A stretch of 63,372 nucleotides of DNA, the filler included, from Pseudovirgaria hyperparasitica (Eukaryota): the NCBI GenBank assembly GCA_010093815.1. It is 3 parts of 2 records of this genome, joined end to end, with 100 filler letters (N's around TTAATTAATTAA, not from the genome) between each part and the next. Parts side by side here need not be neighbours in the genome. Positions count along the whole stretch, not along the records: positions 1 to 14,925 come from ML996607.1; positions 15,026 to 35,213 come from ML996607.1; 1 more part is not named here. The stretch is one strand, 5' to 3'. This document shows positions 11,991-23,300 of the stretch, piece by piece. The translations under genes were made by a program, and so were the position numbers. The notes under the pieces were generated by a model that did not search any database, was not told the DNA's origin, and saw only the letters and a program-made list of their open reading frames with translations. The stretch's first letter is position 1. The number at the start of each line of letters is the position of its first letter.

Positions 11991-12768
11991 TTTCGCTCTG
12001 AAGGCTAATTCAGGCGAATGACTTCTACAGTGGCAAGATGGGTGTTCCAAGGGGATATGGTAAGTATCATCACATATGGTGTAGTAAACTGACGAAGTAT
12101 AGTTCCACGAACGTCTTTATTCCGCGATAGTGACATGACATATACCCTGCCCAGTCCTTCAGATCCCGATGGTCAGTTGAGTGCCTCCGACGTCATGTGC
12201 AAACATACAGCAAAGACGCACTAACGCGTCGCTAGGTCCTAACCCCTGATAAACTTGCAGATTGTGGGCCCTCCCACGCCACTCCTAACAGGGTGCACGC
12301 AGAGGTCGCACGGCTGGAACACGCAGCGCTCTGATGGTCTATTGGTCGTCGTATAATTACGGGATCGAAAGCAAGCCCTCGCTCTCGTGACCAATCCCCC
12401 GCCTTTGATTGTGAGGGCCCCAGCGAGTCAATGTTGTCCTAGTCCAGAGCGGACTTGAGCTCTGGTTGGGAGTTACCCACGACCTTTCTTTCTTTCGAAA
12501 TCCGCTTCATACGCCATGCCAGGATTGGGATGGCGATCGGAGATATGCCATTCGCGGCTAGAGCAGCATATTTAGGCGCGCACCAGCTTCCAGAGTAATG
12601 AATTGTTAGGTTAATTAGCTTTTTGAGCCGAAAACACCAGAAAAACGTTAGATAATAGGTATACTAACTACTAGACAGCCTTATACCCTACCGAATACGT
12701 ATAATCGGTAATAGCAACGCGTTGGCGACCAGTATACGACAAAATGCCAAAATATGTCCGTCTCACAT

Positions 12769-12960
12769 CTCTCCTGCCTAGTAAGATATGGGTCTGCGAG
12801 CCGCTGCGTGAACCGTTGAGCAAGGATAGCCTGTGCGTTGTGCGTAAGGTCCTTGCAATTCCATGGCTCAGTATCCATGGCCTACCAGTTTAGCCGGATA
12901 CCAGGCGTCGACTTAGTGGATTTAACGGCTCAGGATCAGACGGCTCAGCATGATAACACT
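12769..12960 (-). pseudogene. internally deleted copy of the homeobox locus (homeodomain fragment plus upstream module)
   Basis: Encodes AQAILAQRFTQRLADPYLTRQE, near-identical to 62816-62907, joined directly to GGCTCAG-rich sequence resembling 62300-62400. Confidence 0.8.
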
Positions 12961-13869
12961 GTGAACTAATCTATGAAGATGATGCTCAGTACCGTCAGAC
13001 ACACATCTGTTGTTTTCGTAGAACCTGACCCTCTTGACCCTCGTTTACGAGTTTCGTCTCCTCATTATCTGATAGTAACTCTGTTGGGCCACGCGGCATA
13101 TCCGCGGGACACTTGGGTGCCTGGCCCTGGATTGGCCCAGCTCTATACGACGACGTGTGACCATTGCACGCGACGGCAGGAACACGAGTAGTGTTACTGG
13201 AACATATATAATAGGACATCACCTAGTAGCTTCCGGCTCCTGGATTTAAGAACACTAACTAACAACCCGGTCAAGATGCTCGTAGTCGCTGCTCTTCGAG
13301 GAGATGTGGACACCGCTGACGAATAAATTCTTCAAGCCGCTAAGCTATGAAGATCTTAGCAACATCATCCTCAGAGAGTAGGGCAGTCCCGGTGACCTCA
13401 ATCGTCACTATAGCTGGAGCAGCCGCATAACGTGTCGTGACGCCATCGTCTGCCGGGCTGTACAGAGGCGATGTGCCCTGGTGCACCAAGCTGGCAAGTG
13501 GCGGAGAGGGAGAGGGAGATGAAGCAGAGAAATGCTGCGGCGTAGCGTTCGGTCCGTCATCCGGTGAAGGTGCTCGGTAGCCGGGGATGGCCGGATCACC
13601 GCCGTCGGATGTGGTGCCGGAGCACAAAACAAAATGGATGTCAGCATCGATCGATCCGGCTGCGCATTGGCGTACAGGCTGATACGGGTTCTCTGTGCCA
13701 TTCGCGACCATTAGTTCCGTAGACCTTGACGCCCTCGTCCCATCCAGGACACCCTTGACCAGTATGATTTTTGAAAAAGGTATCTACGACCCCAGGAGTA
13801 CTTGTTGCACAATCCACGAAAGAGATGTCATAGCTTATAAACCAGTCTTTCCGATCGCCGACATCACCA

Positions 13870-14316
13870 TACTTGCTCCCCCAGGAGCCAGCTACTGGCA
13901 CTACGCTTTCTTTGCGATGGTTTTTGCAACTATCGGGATTGATACGACATTCACAGTATCGAACGTCTTTGTAGGTCTTTATCCCTCCCGCCTAGAGCCT
14001 AGCCTAATCCATATAGTTGACAACCCATGTCCCGATTCAACATCAAGGGGCTGCTGGAGCAATCAGTGGAAGCCTGGTTCACCTCGGCGCTGCGCTTTTC
14101 CTAGGATGTGCAAGTATCGTGTCGGTCATGAAGCAGCCTGAAGGAGAGCTCCAGAGCTTTAAAGCAGTCTTCTACCTAGAAACTGCTCTGGCCGCTACCT
14201 CACTGCTTATTGTGGTAATGTTTGTTCGTGTAGACCGGGCGGTCGCAGATCTTACTACCGATGAGAGAGCTGAGCGTGAGGGTACTACCGGCTATGTCCG
14301 TGGATTGGCTCCATAA
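13870..14316 (+). pseudogene. MFS transporter (14-TMS drug-efflux type) C-terminal fragment
   Basis: PPGASYWHYAFFAMVFATIGID..F, intron at ~13971-14016, then QGAAGAISGSLVHLG...VADLTTDER; N-terminal helices absent. Confidence 0.7.
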
Positions 14317-14925
14317 ACGATGAAGGAATGATTGAGCCTTTACGTGCCACGGACTGAGGAAATATATGCAAGGGATTACCTGGATGGAAAACTCGTTGAC
14401 TTTAGTAGAGCACTGGTGTTCCCGGGATGAGGAGCTTGTACTGTTCAACGAGATGATTAATGATGCGAAAATCATTTCCTGCGATGTTGCCAAGCGATAA
14501 CGCTGTCCGAGGGAAGCGGGTGAGGCTAAAGAGATCCGAAGCCGAGGCTGTATTATGACTCTAGAAGCCAAATGTCTTTGATTTCACCTGGCTAGATGGA
14601 GCTTTGACACCAAGGCAGTTCAACAGAATTAATCTTGTCGTTCGCACTTTTGGATACTCCATAATTCTATAACTGTCTATCACAAGTGGGGAGAATTCCT
14701 CAGCCCCAACGAAGAATCGCTGTACTTGTCATTACCGTGAAAATTGCCGGTATGAGTGCGCCAATGCTTAGACCCTTCAAACTACCGTACCTCAAGTCAA
14801 TCCATGACGGGAGCAAATCCGAAATGCTACCAAGCTTCGATAAAAAGCCGAGTATCACCGCGAAGATCATAAGGCAAAGCAAACTGAAAAGGAGCGTCAC
14901 CCCCCCTCTGACCTTCTTCGAGTCT

Positions 14926-15025
14926 NNNNNNNNNNNNNNNNNNNNNNNNNNNNNNNNNNNNNNNNNNNNTTAATTAATTAANNNNNNNNNNNNNNNNNNN
15001 NNNNNNNNNNNNNNNNNNNNNNNNN
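14926..15025. other. artificial contig-join linker
   Basis: 100-nt N block with central TTAATTAATTAA (14970-14981). Confidence 0.95.
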
Positions 15026-15304
15026 TAAGAAACGCCGAGCTTTCCCAAGTGATTCTTCGATATCCTTGTGGGATATGTGGCCATAAAACGCGCATGCGCC
15101 AGTCAGACGGAAGCTTCGGAACAACGAGACTTGGAGATTGAGGAGGAACTCAATGACAAACGTAGAGGCTGCGTGTTTGAGTCCAAAGAATCATCGTCTT
15201 GTATTACAAGGATGCTACCTCGTTGTACATAAGATGGTCTACTGAAGAGGCAATCCTATCATTTCCTCTGCAACTTTACAGGCTTCGCATGCCCGCGATG
15301 GACC

Positions 15305-15550
15305 ATGGCATCAGGCTTTCTTGATCGATGCATATTGCGCCTTCTACATATCCGAACTTTAATTGCGAACAAGATCTGCGGCACATTAGGTCGTAACGTC
15401 GTTCGAGTAGGTCGACATCGACTCGTTAAAGGTCCCTGCCATGAGACCGAACTGGAAGCCTTACAATTCGTCGCCAGATCAACATCTATACCTATACCCA
15501 GAGTTCATCGGACATATAAATACAAAGATAGGCTCTACATCGAGTCTTAA
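15305..15550 (+). pseudogene. aminoglycoside-phosphotransferase/kinase-like N-terminal fragment
   Basis: LVKGP...ELEALQFVARSTSIPIPRVH..Y....LYIE; cut off by AT-rich RIP-like DNA at ~15545. Confidence 0.65.
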
Positions 15551-16218
15551 TCTATATAGCTTAATTAATACTAGTCTCTAATAATTAAAGAATATAATAG
15601 ACGTTAGTTTAAGTCTTCTATATACTTATAGAGAGAGAGACCATTAGGAAAATAATATAGAAAAGATTGGTCCATAGAAAGTAGTTATTCTAGAATAAAT
15701 TTAAAAAGGCAAGGGCTATGTAATAAACCTTTATGCTTCGAGGAGCAAGAGCGGCTTATCCCTAGAGTAAGTAGTCCGTAACACACAGAGGCGTTTCGGC
15801 TTTCCAATAGGCAAATGTGCTTGAGGCGCTTCAACAAGGTAACCCTAATCAATGAGGTACAAATGGTAACAGGCTGGTAGACGAGTGAAGTAGCAGTTGT
15901 AACTAGAGTTCAAATTGACAACTAAGTGTCGGGTGTAAGGAGCCTACATAGTTCTGCCAAGGTGCCTTGATCAGAATGCCTATTCTGAGCACCCGGCGTG
16001 CTGCTCAGAATACGGTCATCACATTCCTTGCCATCAGAGGCTGAACAGGACATCGCCGCAGCCTTCCAAGTTAGATGGTAACCTTGTTGGAGGCTCTATC
16101 ACAGCCTTAGACCATTCCTGTGAGCTGGCGTAAACGGCCTATTTCTTCAAAAAACCGCCCCATTATGTTGAATTTTAGAATTTGAAAAGTCATAAAGAGA
16201 GCATAACTGTTCATTCGC

Positions 16219-16832
16219 TCAAATTTGCGACTGCGCAGAGCCGCATTTCTTTGACTCTTCCGGATCCACCGTGCCTATTATCTCCGCCACATTATCACAG
16301 TATTTAGCCATGAGTGTATCCTTCTCAGTGAGGCCGGGAGGATTATGGGTCGTCCAATGTACTGTGACTGAGGATACGGTCTTCAAAAGAGTGAGCTGTT
16401 ACATCCTCGACTTGCAGCCCAGGGACATACAGTGGTCAGCACCGGATGATGGTTCTTAAGTTGACTTCGCGACATGATCTCGAGTGATAAGAACTAAACG
16501 CTGTTAGCTTCGTTTGAGCTGCAGAAACCACTACATACTTTCACATTGCGATAACTAGCCAAATGATATGTCTTCGCTACTTGTACTTCATTCTTGTCGA
16601 GCTGCCATCCGCTGCTCACCAGCTCTTCAAGCTCGGACTTTACCTTGTTTTCGTCTTCCCCTGTCGCTATCTTCGGCTGCATGACGGAAGGAGCAGTTGA
16701 GAGCGACTTGAATAAGGTGATTGCTTGTGAAGAGCGCTGAGTTTGGAATTGGAAACGCGGGGTAGTTATTGAGAACAGGCGAAGCGCTCGAGCGGCACGT
16801 GTTGTCATAATAATATGAGGAGCTGTGAACAT
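16219..16832 (-). CDS. pterin-4-alpha-carbinolamine dehydratase, probably mitochondrial (spliced)
   Basis: Arg/Ser/Thr-rich presequence; GWQL...KTY; downstream exons give KNHHP and VTVHWTTHNPPGLTEKDTLMAKYCD; stop at 16219-16221. Confidence 0.8.
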
Positions 16833-16997
16833 GGCCCGTCGTCAATAATCAAGGTAGTTGGGCGTGTAGTGGGTACAACGCGCAGTTCCCGAAAACTTTT
16901 CCGTCTTATGAAGAGGTCCGAGCGGACTCTGTGCACGTGATCTACTCACTCAAATCCCAAAATGTGAATTGTGATGTCCTAACCTATTGACAGATTC

Positions 16998-18074
16998 TTA
17001 AGAATACAATTTGTCTCTTTTACTGAGAAGATACTTGCCGGCATTTATTGGACCCCATCTCTTGGGTATCTCGGTATTGTGGCAAGCCGGGAGTGGTTCG
17101 ACGACAGTATGAGCATCAGGGAAGCTGAAAAAGGCGAAACTGTATCTCTCAGGTACGATCTGCTTATCAATTAAGCTAGGAGGCTCCGAAACCCGATGGA
17201 CGCTATTTTTCCACCTCGCATTGGACCATCGCATCAACAGGTAGCCAACATTGACTAGGATTGTTTCAGCATCTGGCTCAACCGGGATAAACGTGGCGCT
17301 CTTTTCCACAGCCGCACTTGATAATTTATTGGTAGAGCTCATATCCGCCACTTCAAGACCTCCAATGTTTTGCTGAAAGAGAAGAGTAAGGGTCCCAAGA
17401 TCGGAATGCGCTGGGCTTCGTACTACTTGACCTGACCTTAGACTGTCGGAGGATACGGCAGGGTAGTGAATGAGACTAGACACGAACATCGAGCCAGTGT
17501 GATAGCAGCCGAAGAAATCAGGCTCTTGGTTCAGTGCCACTGAAAGACACTCAAGTAGCTTGTCTATCAGTTTAGAGCAGTCCTATTGATGTTTAGTCAA
17601 CATAACCATCATTAGAATGCTCGCATACCTGATGAAAGTCTGCTGCGAAATCTCGAAATCCTGGCAGCTGTTCTTCCTGAGGCCAACAGGACGCATTATT
17701 GGCTTCTGGGTCACCGAAATCAAAGTTCTCTTTTAAAGCGGTCTGCTCGCGTACTTTTTCCTTGTGAATTCCAAAATATCCCTGTTCAAAGGACCGAGGC
17801 GTTGGGAATAACCTTTCCTTTTCAGAAAGTGGGAGGTCGAAGAATCGTTGGCTCTTCAATTTTCATATTAGTCGTCAAAACGCGCAGGGCACTGAGGCTG
17901 ACCTACCCATTCAAACCACATGTCAATCTTCGCTCTCTCAATACCGTAGTTTCGAAGGTAAAAAGCACCAACGGTCCGCAGCGCATTATCGATTTCCGAA
18001 ATAGTACATTGACGACTCTCTAAAGAACCGAAAAGAATCGGACTGAAGTCAATGATTGGGAGAGCTGAGTGCAT
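16998..18074 (-). CDS. 2-oxoglutarate/Fe(II) dioxygenase (IPNS/DIOX family), three exons
   Basis: LPIIDFSP..GAFYL.NYGI N-domain; AHSDLGTLTLLFQ, SVHRV and RYS motifs. Confidence 0.9.
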
Positions 18075-18227
18075 TCGGATGTCGTTATGTTTATGTAGTT
18101 TTGATGCTCGCCAGAGAAATGCAAATCTAATCATTTGCGGTTGATGGAAGGATGCAGACAGAGATAAATAGAATTAGAGTGGCGACCTCTCTCGGCGAAA
18201 CGTCGGATTTGCCACGCGGAGGCAACG

Positions 18228-19763
18228 TCATTGACTCTTAGCCCAACCGGCCATCGACTCTAGTTTTTGCAAGACTTCTTCAACCCATTTCGCAAAGGTT
18301 GGTATCCAGTAGTCCCTCGGTCCGCGATCTAATATTGCTTTTCCGTGTTTAAATGAGGATTCCGCCCTTTCATGCTCACCCAATTCCAGATATGCGAGTG
18401 ACCGTGAAAGATGAATAGCCGAGTACGTGAATCCTTCACCTTCGAAACTATTATAGGATTGTACACGTCGCAATGCCACGTCCCATACATGGATGGCACT
18501 CCTAAATTCTCCTCGCATGTGACAGATTCGCGCTGATGCGACAAGAGTGCGGATATGCAGAAGCTGATCGCTGACGTCCAGGCGACTCAGATTGCTGAAA
18601 ATGACGCCGAGCTGTTCAAGGTCCAAGCTTGCATCGTCATATTGTCGGGTTTGTACGCAAGTTTCAACTGAAGACACCAAAAACCTTCGGAAAGCTTTTG
18701 TTTTGGTGGCTTCCTTCCTCCCCTCCTCGATTTCGGGAGCAAGGAGTTCGTTGGCCGCACTTGAAAACCCAACGTCATTGTATACATCCGCTAGTTGGCA
18801 CAAGACCTGGGCTCGGGCTGGTTCGCGGGGGTGCAGAAACTTGACGCATAACTCTAGACTTTCCTGGGCACATTTAAAAGCTGCTTGTGATCGAAATATT
18901 TTGGAAGTAGTGAGTGTTCTAGACGGTAAAATACCCCATTCCATTGGCGAAGCTGTTTCTGTCAGCTGCCAATGACTGATGTGCTCTGTTGCAAGCTGAT
19001 ACTGCTCGCACTGAACCAAATTCTCGAGATGCGAACGATGAATGAGTCCGTATAGAGCATTTAGCCGCTTTTGTCGCTGCTGAAAGGAGGATGATAAGCA
19101 TGATTGCTCAGGAGTTCCACAGCGACAGCAGAAATCATGGATAACACGCTCGGAATTCTTGAAATCTCCATCGAGGCGAAACATAATGCTTCGTTGTAGG
19201 GCAAATTCGGCATGAAGATGACGTGGCGATTCGTCGCCAAGGAGATCGGCGACTAACGAGAGTGCGTTCGACCGGATATTACCGACTTTAGATGCTGCCA
19301 GTAATGCCTCTGAAACCTCGTCTTTTAACGACTGTGGTATATTGGCTTCCTCAACGGATCGTACCAGGCGTTCCATGAGGGGCTGAAGGGACCGCACGAT
19401 CGACGTGAAACTCGGAGATTCCTCCCACAGTTCATGCCGCGGAAATATGAAACAGAGCCATCTCAGAGCTCTGATGGACCATTTCTCTTTGACCTGCTTT
19501 GTCAAGAATTGGGATAGTTTTGTGTAGAGTTCGCTGGAGAGAGGCAAGGACGACTCGCTTACAAAGCCCAGATTTCTTACTCGATCAAGAGCTTGCTTGA
19601 ATCGTTCAGGGTTCGACACAAAGGCGGCCAATTGTGGATCGAGGGTAGCCTGGGCGGGCGTAACAAGTTGCTTGGTGCCATCATCTGACCACCGCCACTG
19701 TGATGACAGTGATCTTTCGAAGACGTACTCGGGTACGCAGCCGCCCATCGAGCAGAACAGCAT
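18228..19763 (-). CDS. TPR/helical-repeat protein; probably the last exon of a gene continuing through 19810-21481
   Basis: 511-aa ORF with TPR-like helices (LCQLADVYNDVG, SLAYLELGEHERAESSF); collinear upstream ORFs end at GT donors. Confidence 0.55.
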   Translation of the reverse strand: MLFCSMGGCVPEYVFERSLSSQWRWSDDGTKQLVTPAQATLDPQLAAFVSNPERFKQALDRVRNLGFVSESSLPLSSELYTKLSQFLTKQVKEKWSIRALRWLCFIFPRHELWEESPSFTSIVRSLQPLMERLVRSVEEANIPQSLKDEVSEALLAASKVGNIRSNALSLVADLLGDESPRHLHAEFALQRSIMFRLDGDFKNSERVIHDFCCRCGTPEQSCLSSSFQQRQKRLNALYGLIHRSHLENLVQCEQYQLATEHISHWQLTETASPMEWGILPSRTLTTSKIFRSQAAFKCAQESLELCVKFLHPREPARAQVLCQLADVYNDVGFSSAANELLAPEIEEGRKEATKTKAFRRFLVSSVETCVQTRQYDDASLDLEQLGVIFSNLSRLDVSDQLLHIRTLVASARICHMRGEFRSAIHVWDVALRRVQSYNSFEGEGFTYSAIHLSRSLAYLELGEHERAESSFKHGKAILDRGPRDYWIPTFAKWVEEVLQKLESMAGWAKSQ

Positions 19764-20221
19764 TAGGAAATAAGCGTGGTCACCAAGCCAATTCCCAGCA
19801 AAGGCGGTTTCAATTTCGTCCCAAAGTGCGGAGGAGCTGGGAATGGGGCTCGATCCATGGGATGGTGGGGGAGTTAAGAATGGACCGGATATTGGTTGAT
19901 CGGCAGGGCGGCTTGGTATCCTCTCTTCTGGGAATTGGAACTGCAGTCTCTTCTCTCTTGACGCTTGGTGAGGCGCAGTTGTTCTTCGCTTTGGCGTACC
20001 TGTAAGACTTAGACATCTGACACTCGTGGATATTGGAGTACGACATACGCTGCATATATGTACGAATGATGGTCGTTACTTCCTCGTACTGTTTGGACTC
20101 TTGAAGGATGCCGGTAGTCAACCAGGGGAATCTGCAGGCACATGACTCCCACTCTTTCGATAAGTGTGCTAAACTGTGGAATGGTGTGTAAGCATTGGTT
20201 AAGAATAAAGGGAGTGTAGAA

Positions 20222-21481
20222 TTACTCTGCTCTTGACAAAAGCTGGGTGACTGTTAATAGAATACCAGTATTTTCTGTGGTGATCATGAGGAGGGCTTCC
20301 CCTTGTTTAAGGTATCTCTCAAATCTTTGGTAGAGAGGATCTCTATCCTTGCGCTGCATATTCTTAAATCCTGGATATATCTCTTGCAGCATAGCTTTTC
20401 GACAGCTGAGTTCAGGAAGTTTTGACTCTTCTATACGCTTCTGGAGATGGTATGCAAGGTTGAGCTTGTGAAATGGATTCCGCTCCTTATCGAGCTGATT
20501 TTCGGAGTCCGTCAACGCTCTGAATGACCACTGCTCGCTGGAGATGAATTGAGTAGCTCCGAAGAATTCCTCGGGGTTGTTTATCCATGAAGAATGACAC
20601 TCTCGGAGTCGGATTCGCCGCTTGCTGAACTCTCTCTCGACCTTCTCACGGATATTTCGGCAATATACACATGCTGATACGGTATTGGCCTCATTTTTTC
20701 GACTCGTTGTATACATGTCATCACCAATTACCTCGCTCTCAGCAATCTGGTCCTGGCTGCTGTCGTTCTGGTCCTGACTCTCGCAGCTTTGGTCATCCTC
20801 GCTCTGGTTGTTTGCAGCTAGATTGTCTCTGCTTTTGCCAGATGTCCTTCGGCCATGCTCTCTCCCGTCACCCTGGCGAAGTTGTCTATTCCTTACGGGA
20901 CGTTCGGTCTGCTTTGGGTCTCCATGGGGATCTGCAGAGGCAAGCTCGAATTGTACTATTCTGTCCTTGTTCTCCCAGCTTTCAGTATGGTGGAAAAGCT
21001 TCTCCTTCTCCTTTCGATGCTTCCGCAGAGACTTATATCCAGTTATCAGTCGAATTGAGAGATTGAGAGATCCATCGCAGGTCTGGGTCCATTGTAACTT
21101 GAGGTCAGACCCAACAGACACGATGCATTCAGTGTTGCCAAGCATGCTTGATTGTCCTCCGGTTGAAATCGTGATGAGTGTTTGAANNNNNNNNNNTGAA
21201 TATCCAATTGGTCTTATCTCCCTCTCGTGTGTCGCAACCTGGACCGGAAGCATGCCTTGGGAGACCTCAGAATTTGACCTCAGCCTTGTCGAGTATTGGT
21301 TCGAATACATCCGAGTATAACTGTTTGTGTACCCGAGACAGACCGCACCTGCCTGTCGAAGCTTTCTTCCAATGTTTAGCTTGGGGTTTTGCACTGGACA
21401 GCGAAAAGGGACTACGACCAATATTACCCCTAAACATACCAAACTGTCCATAGAATGCTGTGGGCAATGTCCAGGGGACAT
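20222..21481 (-). CDS. hypothetical protein, probable upstream exon of the TPR gene
   Basis: Long ORF with a short internal N gap, ending at a likely donor near 20226. Confidence 0.4.
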   Translation of the reverse strand: MSPGHCPQHSMDSLVCLGVILVVVPFRCPVQNPKLNIGRKLRQAGAVCLGYTNSYTRMYSNQYSTRLRSNSEVSQGMLPVQVATHEREIRPIGYSXXXXQTLITISTGGQSSMLGNTECIVSVGSDLKLQWTQTCDGSLNLSIRLITGYKSLRKHRKEKEKLFHHTESWENKDRIVQFELASADPHGDPKQTERPVRNRQLRQGDGREHGRRTSGKSRDNLAANNQSEDDQSCESQDQNDSSQDQIAESEVIGDDMYTTSRKNEANTVSACVYCRNIREKVEREFSKRRIRLRECHSSWINNPEEFFGATQFISSEQWSFRALTDSENQLDKERNPFHKLNLAYHLQKRIEESKLPELSCRKAMLQEIYPGFKNMQRKDRDPLYQRFERYLKQGEALLMITTENTGILLTVTQLLSRAE

Positions 21482-21784
21482 CTCCTTCGGAAGCTCGCAC
21501 CCTTCCGCGGGCAGAGGACTATGAGAATCGGGTGTTTCCGGCCTGGAATTTTCTTTTTAATACATGAGGTTAGTACTTGTTAGCTACTTCCTTCATCTCT
21601 TAAGCGTGAATGTAAAGATCGTTTCGAAATGTCTGGCCATTCAGAATGCCAGGCACTCAAGAGTATGAAACTTCAGCGGCCGACCTCGCGAGCATTGCTG
21701 AACTTCAAATGATCAATTTGCGAAACAACCACATGACATGGTTCGACATATGCCCGAAAGACGTTCAAGAGCAGTGAAGAGTTT

Positions 21785-22775
21785 TTGAAGAAGTCTCCTT
21801 CGGCACTCCAGAACGTAGCTACATTCCGTTGGATGCAACATCAACCTACCATTGACGAAACTATCACGCTCAAGGAGATAGCTCAGCTCGTCGAGGATCT
21901 CCGCGAAAGTCTCGCAGACCCTGAGGAAGTCAAACGCCTGATGAAGGAGATAGACAAGAAGGCATCTGATATGTTCGATGCGCATCGGAGGCAAATAGGA
22001 CCTCAGCTTGAAAAAAAAGCCATCAAGGATATAATTGCAAAAGAAAGCCGGGAAAGACAATTGATAGTCCTCCGGAAATCTATTGAGGACTTACTATCCG
22101 ACGAAGCCCCAGAGGAGTATTATGTTAACGTTTCGGAAGATGCAATGTCTGTAAATTCTCAGCCCCCAGACGTATCCGTACAACAGGATCAATCAATTAT
22201 GGCCACGAAGCTCCCGAGGGAACCTGAAGAGCCTACTCTGGACGTCTCGATGCCAGATCGTCCCAAGGATGGCAATGAAGCTCCAAGCGTCTCGATTGCC
22301 AACCCACACACAGTGGCATCCCCTGAAATATGGCCCTGGGCTACTCCATGAACCTCTGGAACGAGATACTATCTCGAGGAAGACCATTAAGTGGGGTCGT
22401 GCTAGGGGCAACCTCTATATCAACAAGTATGGCAGCCACGAAGCCCCGGTCTACCGATGGTCTCACATCCCAATCGACCTTGCTTATGCCAAGGATCCTC
22501 CCGAGAAAGACAATATCTGCAACCGCAACAATCGATATGGGGAAATTATCCATCCTCGAACAGGTAAGTTGTTTTATACCGCTGCGAATGTCAAGGAGGT
22601 TCTCGGGGTGATTGTGCAAGGTGACGGCTGTAGAGCGGCTGATCTGAACGGTCTGGACCCATCGCATCCTACCAGCGACTGGGTTTATTTAATTAAGCGC
22701 ACCCATGCAGGAGGACATCGAGCAGACCTCGTCGAGAATCCGAAGCTCCCGAAGTCCCCGTATTCAGCAGCATGA
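21785..22775 (+). pseudogene. hypothetical protein split by a frameshift
   Basis: Overlapping protein-like ORFs 21785-22351 and 22269-22775. Confidence 0.4.
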
Positions 22776-22841
22776 GAGAGATATCCAGGATCTTGAGATG
22801 TCCGATGGACACGAATCAGACGAGAGTGATGAGAATGTGCT

Positions 22842-23125
22842 ACAACTAAATGTCGGGTGTAAGGAGCCTATATAGTTCTGCCTGATGAAAGTCTGCTGCA
22901 AACTCTCGAAATCCTGGCAGCTGTTCATCCTGAGGCCAAAACGACGTATTATTGGCTTTTGGGTCACCACAATCAAAGTTCTATTTCAATGCGGTCTGCC
23001 CGCGTACCTTTTCCTTGTTAACTCCAAAATATCCCTGTTCGAAGGACCGAGGCGTTTGGAATAGCTTTTCCTTTTCAGGAAGTGGGAGGTTGAAGAATCG
23101 TTGGCTCTTCAATACTCGTATTAGT
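22842..23125 (+). repeat. collapsed duplicate of 15919-15958 joined to 17628-17875
   Basis: ACAACTAA.TGTCGGGTGTAAGGAGCCTA.ATAGTTCTGCC fused directly to a diverged copy of dioxygenase exon 2. Confidence 0.85.
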
Positions 23126-23300
23126 CAAAATAGATATATATCCACATTCTCGGAAACTAAAATTTGTATACCGTTGTGCGTCGACACATCTCAACAAACC
23201 CTATTATATACACTAAGAGGAAGATGCCATATGTATGGCGAGGTCCAAAGCATGAGGATATATCTGAATGGCTGTGTCGACGCTCGAAAAGCCTGGATGA

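Noticed and set aside
14970..14981. TTAATTAATTAA as a biological palindrome
   Set aside because: Centred in a 100-nt N block and repeated at 35258; an assembly linker
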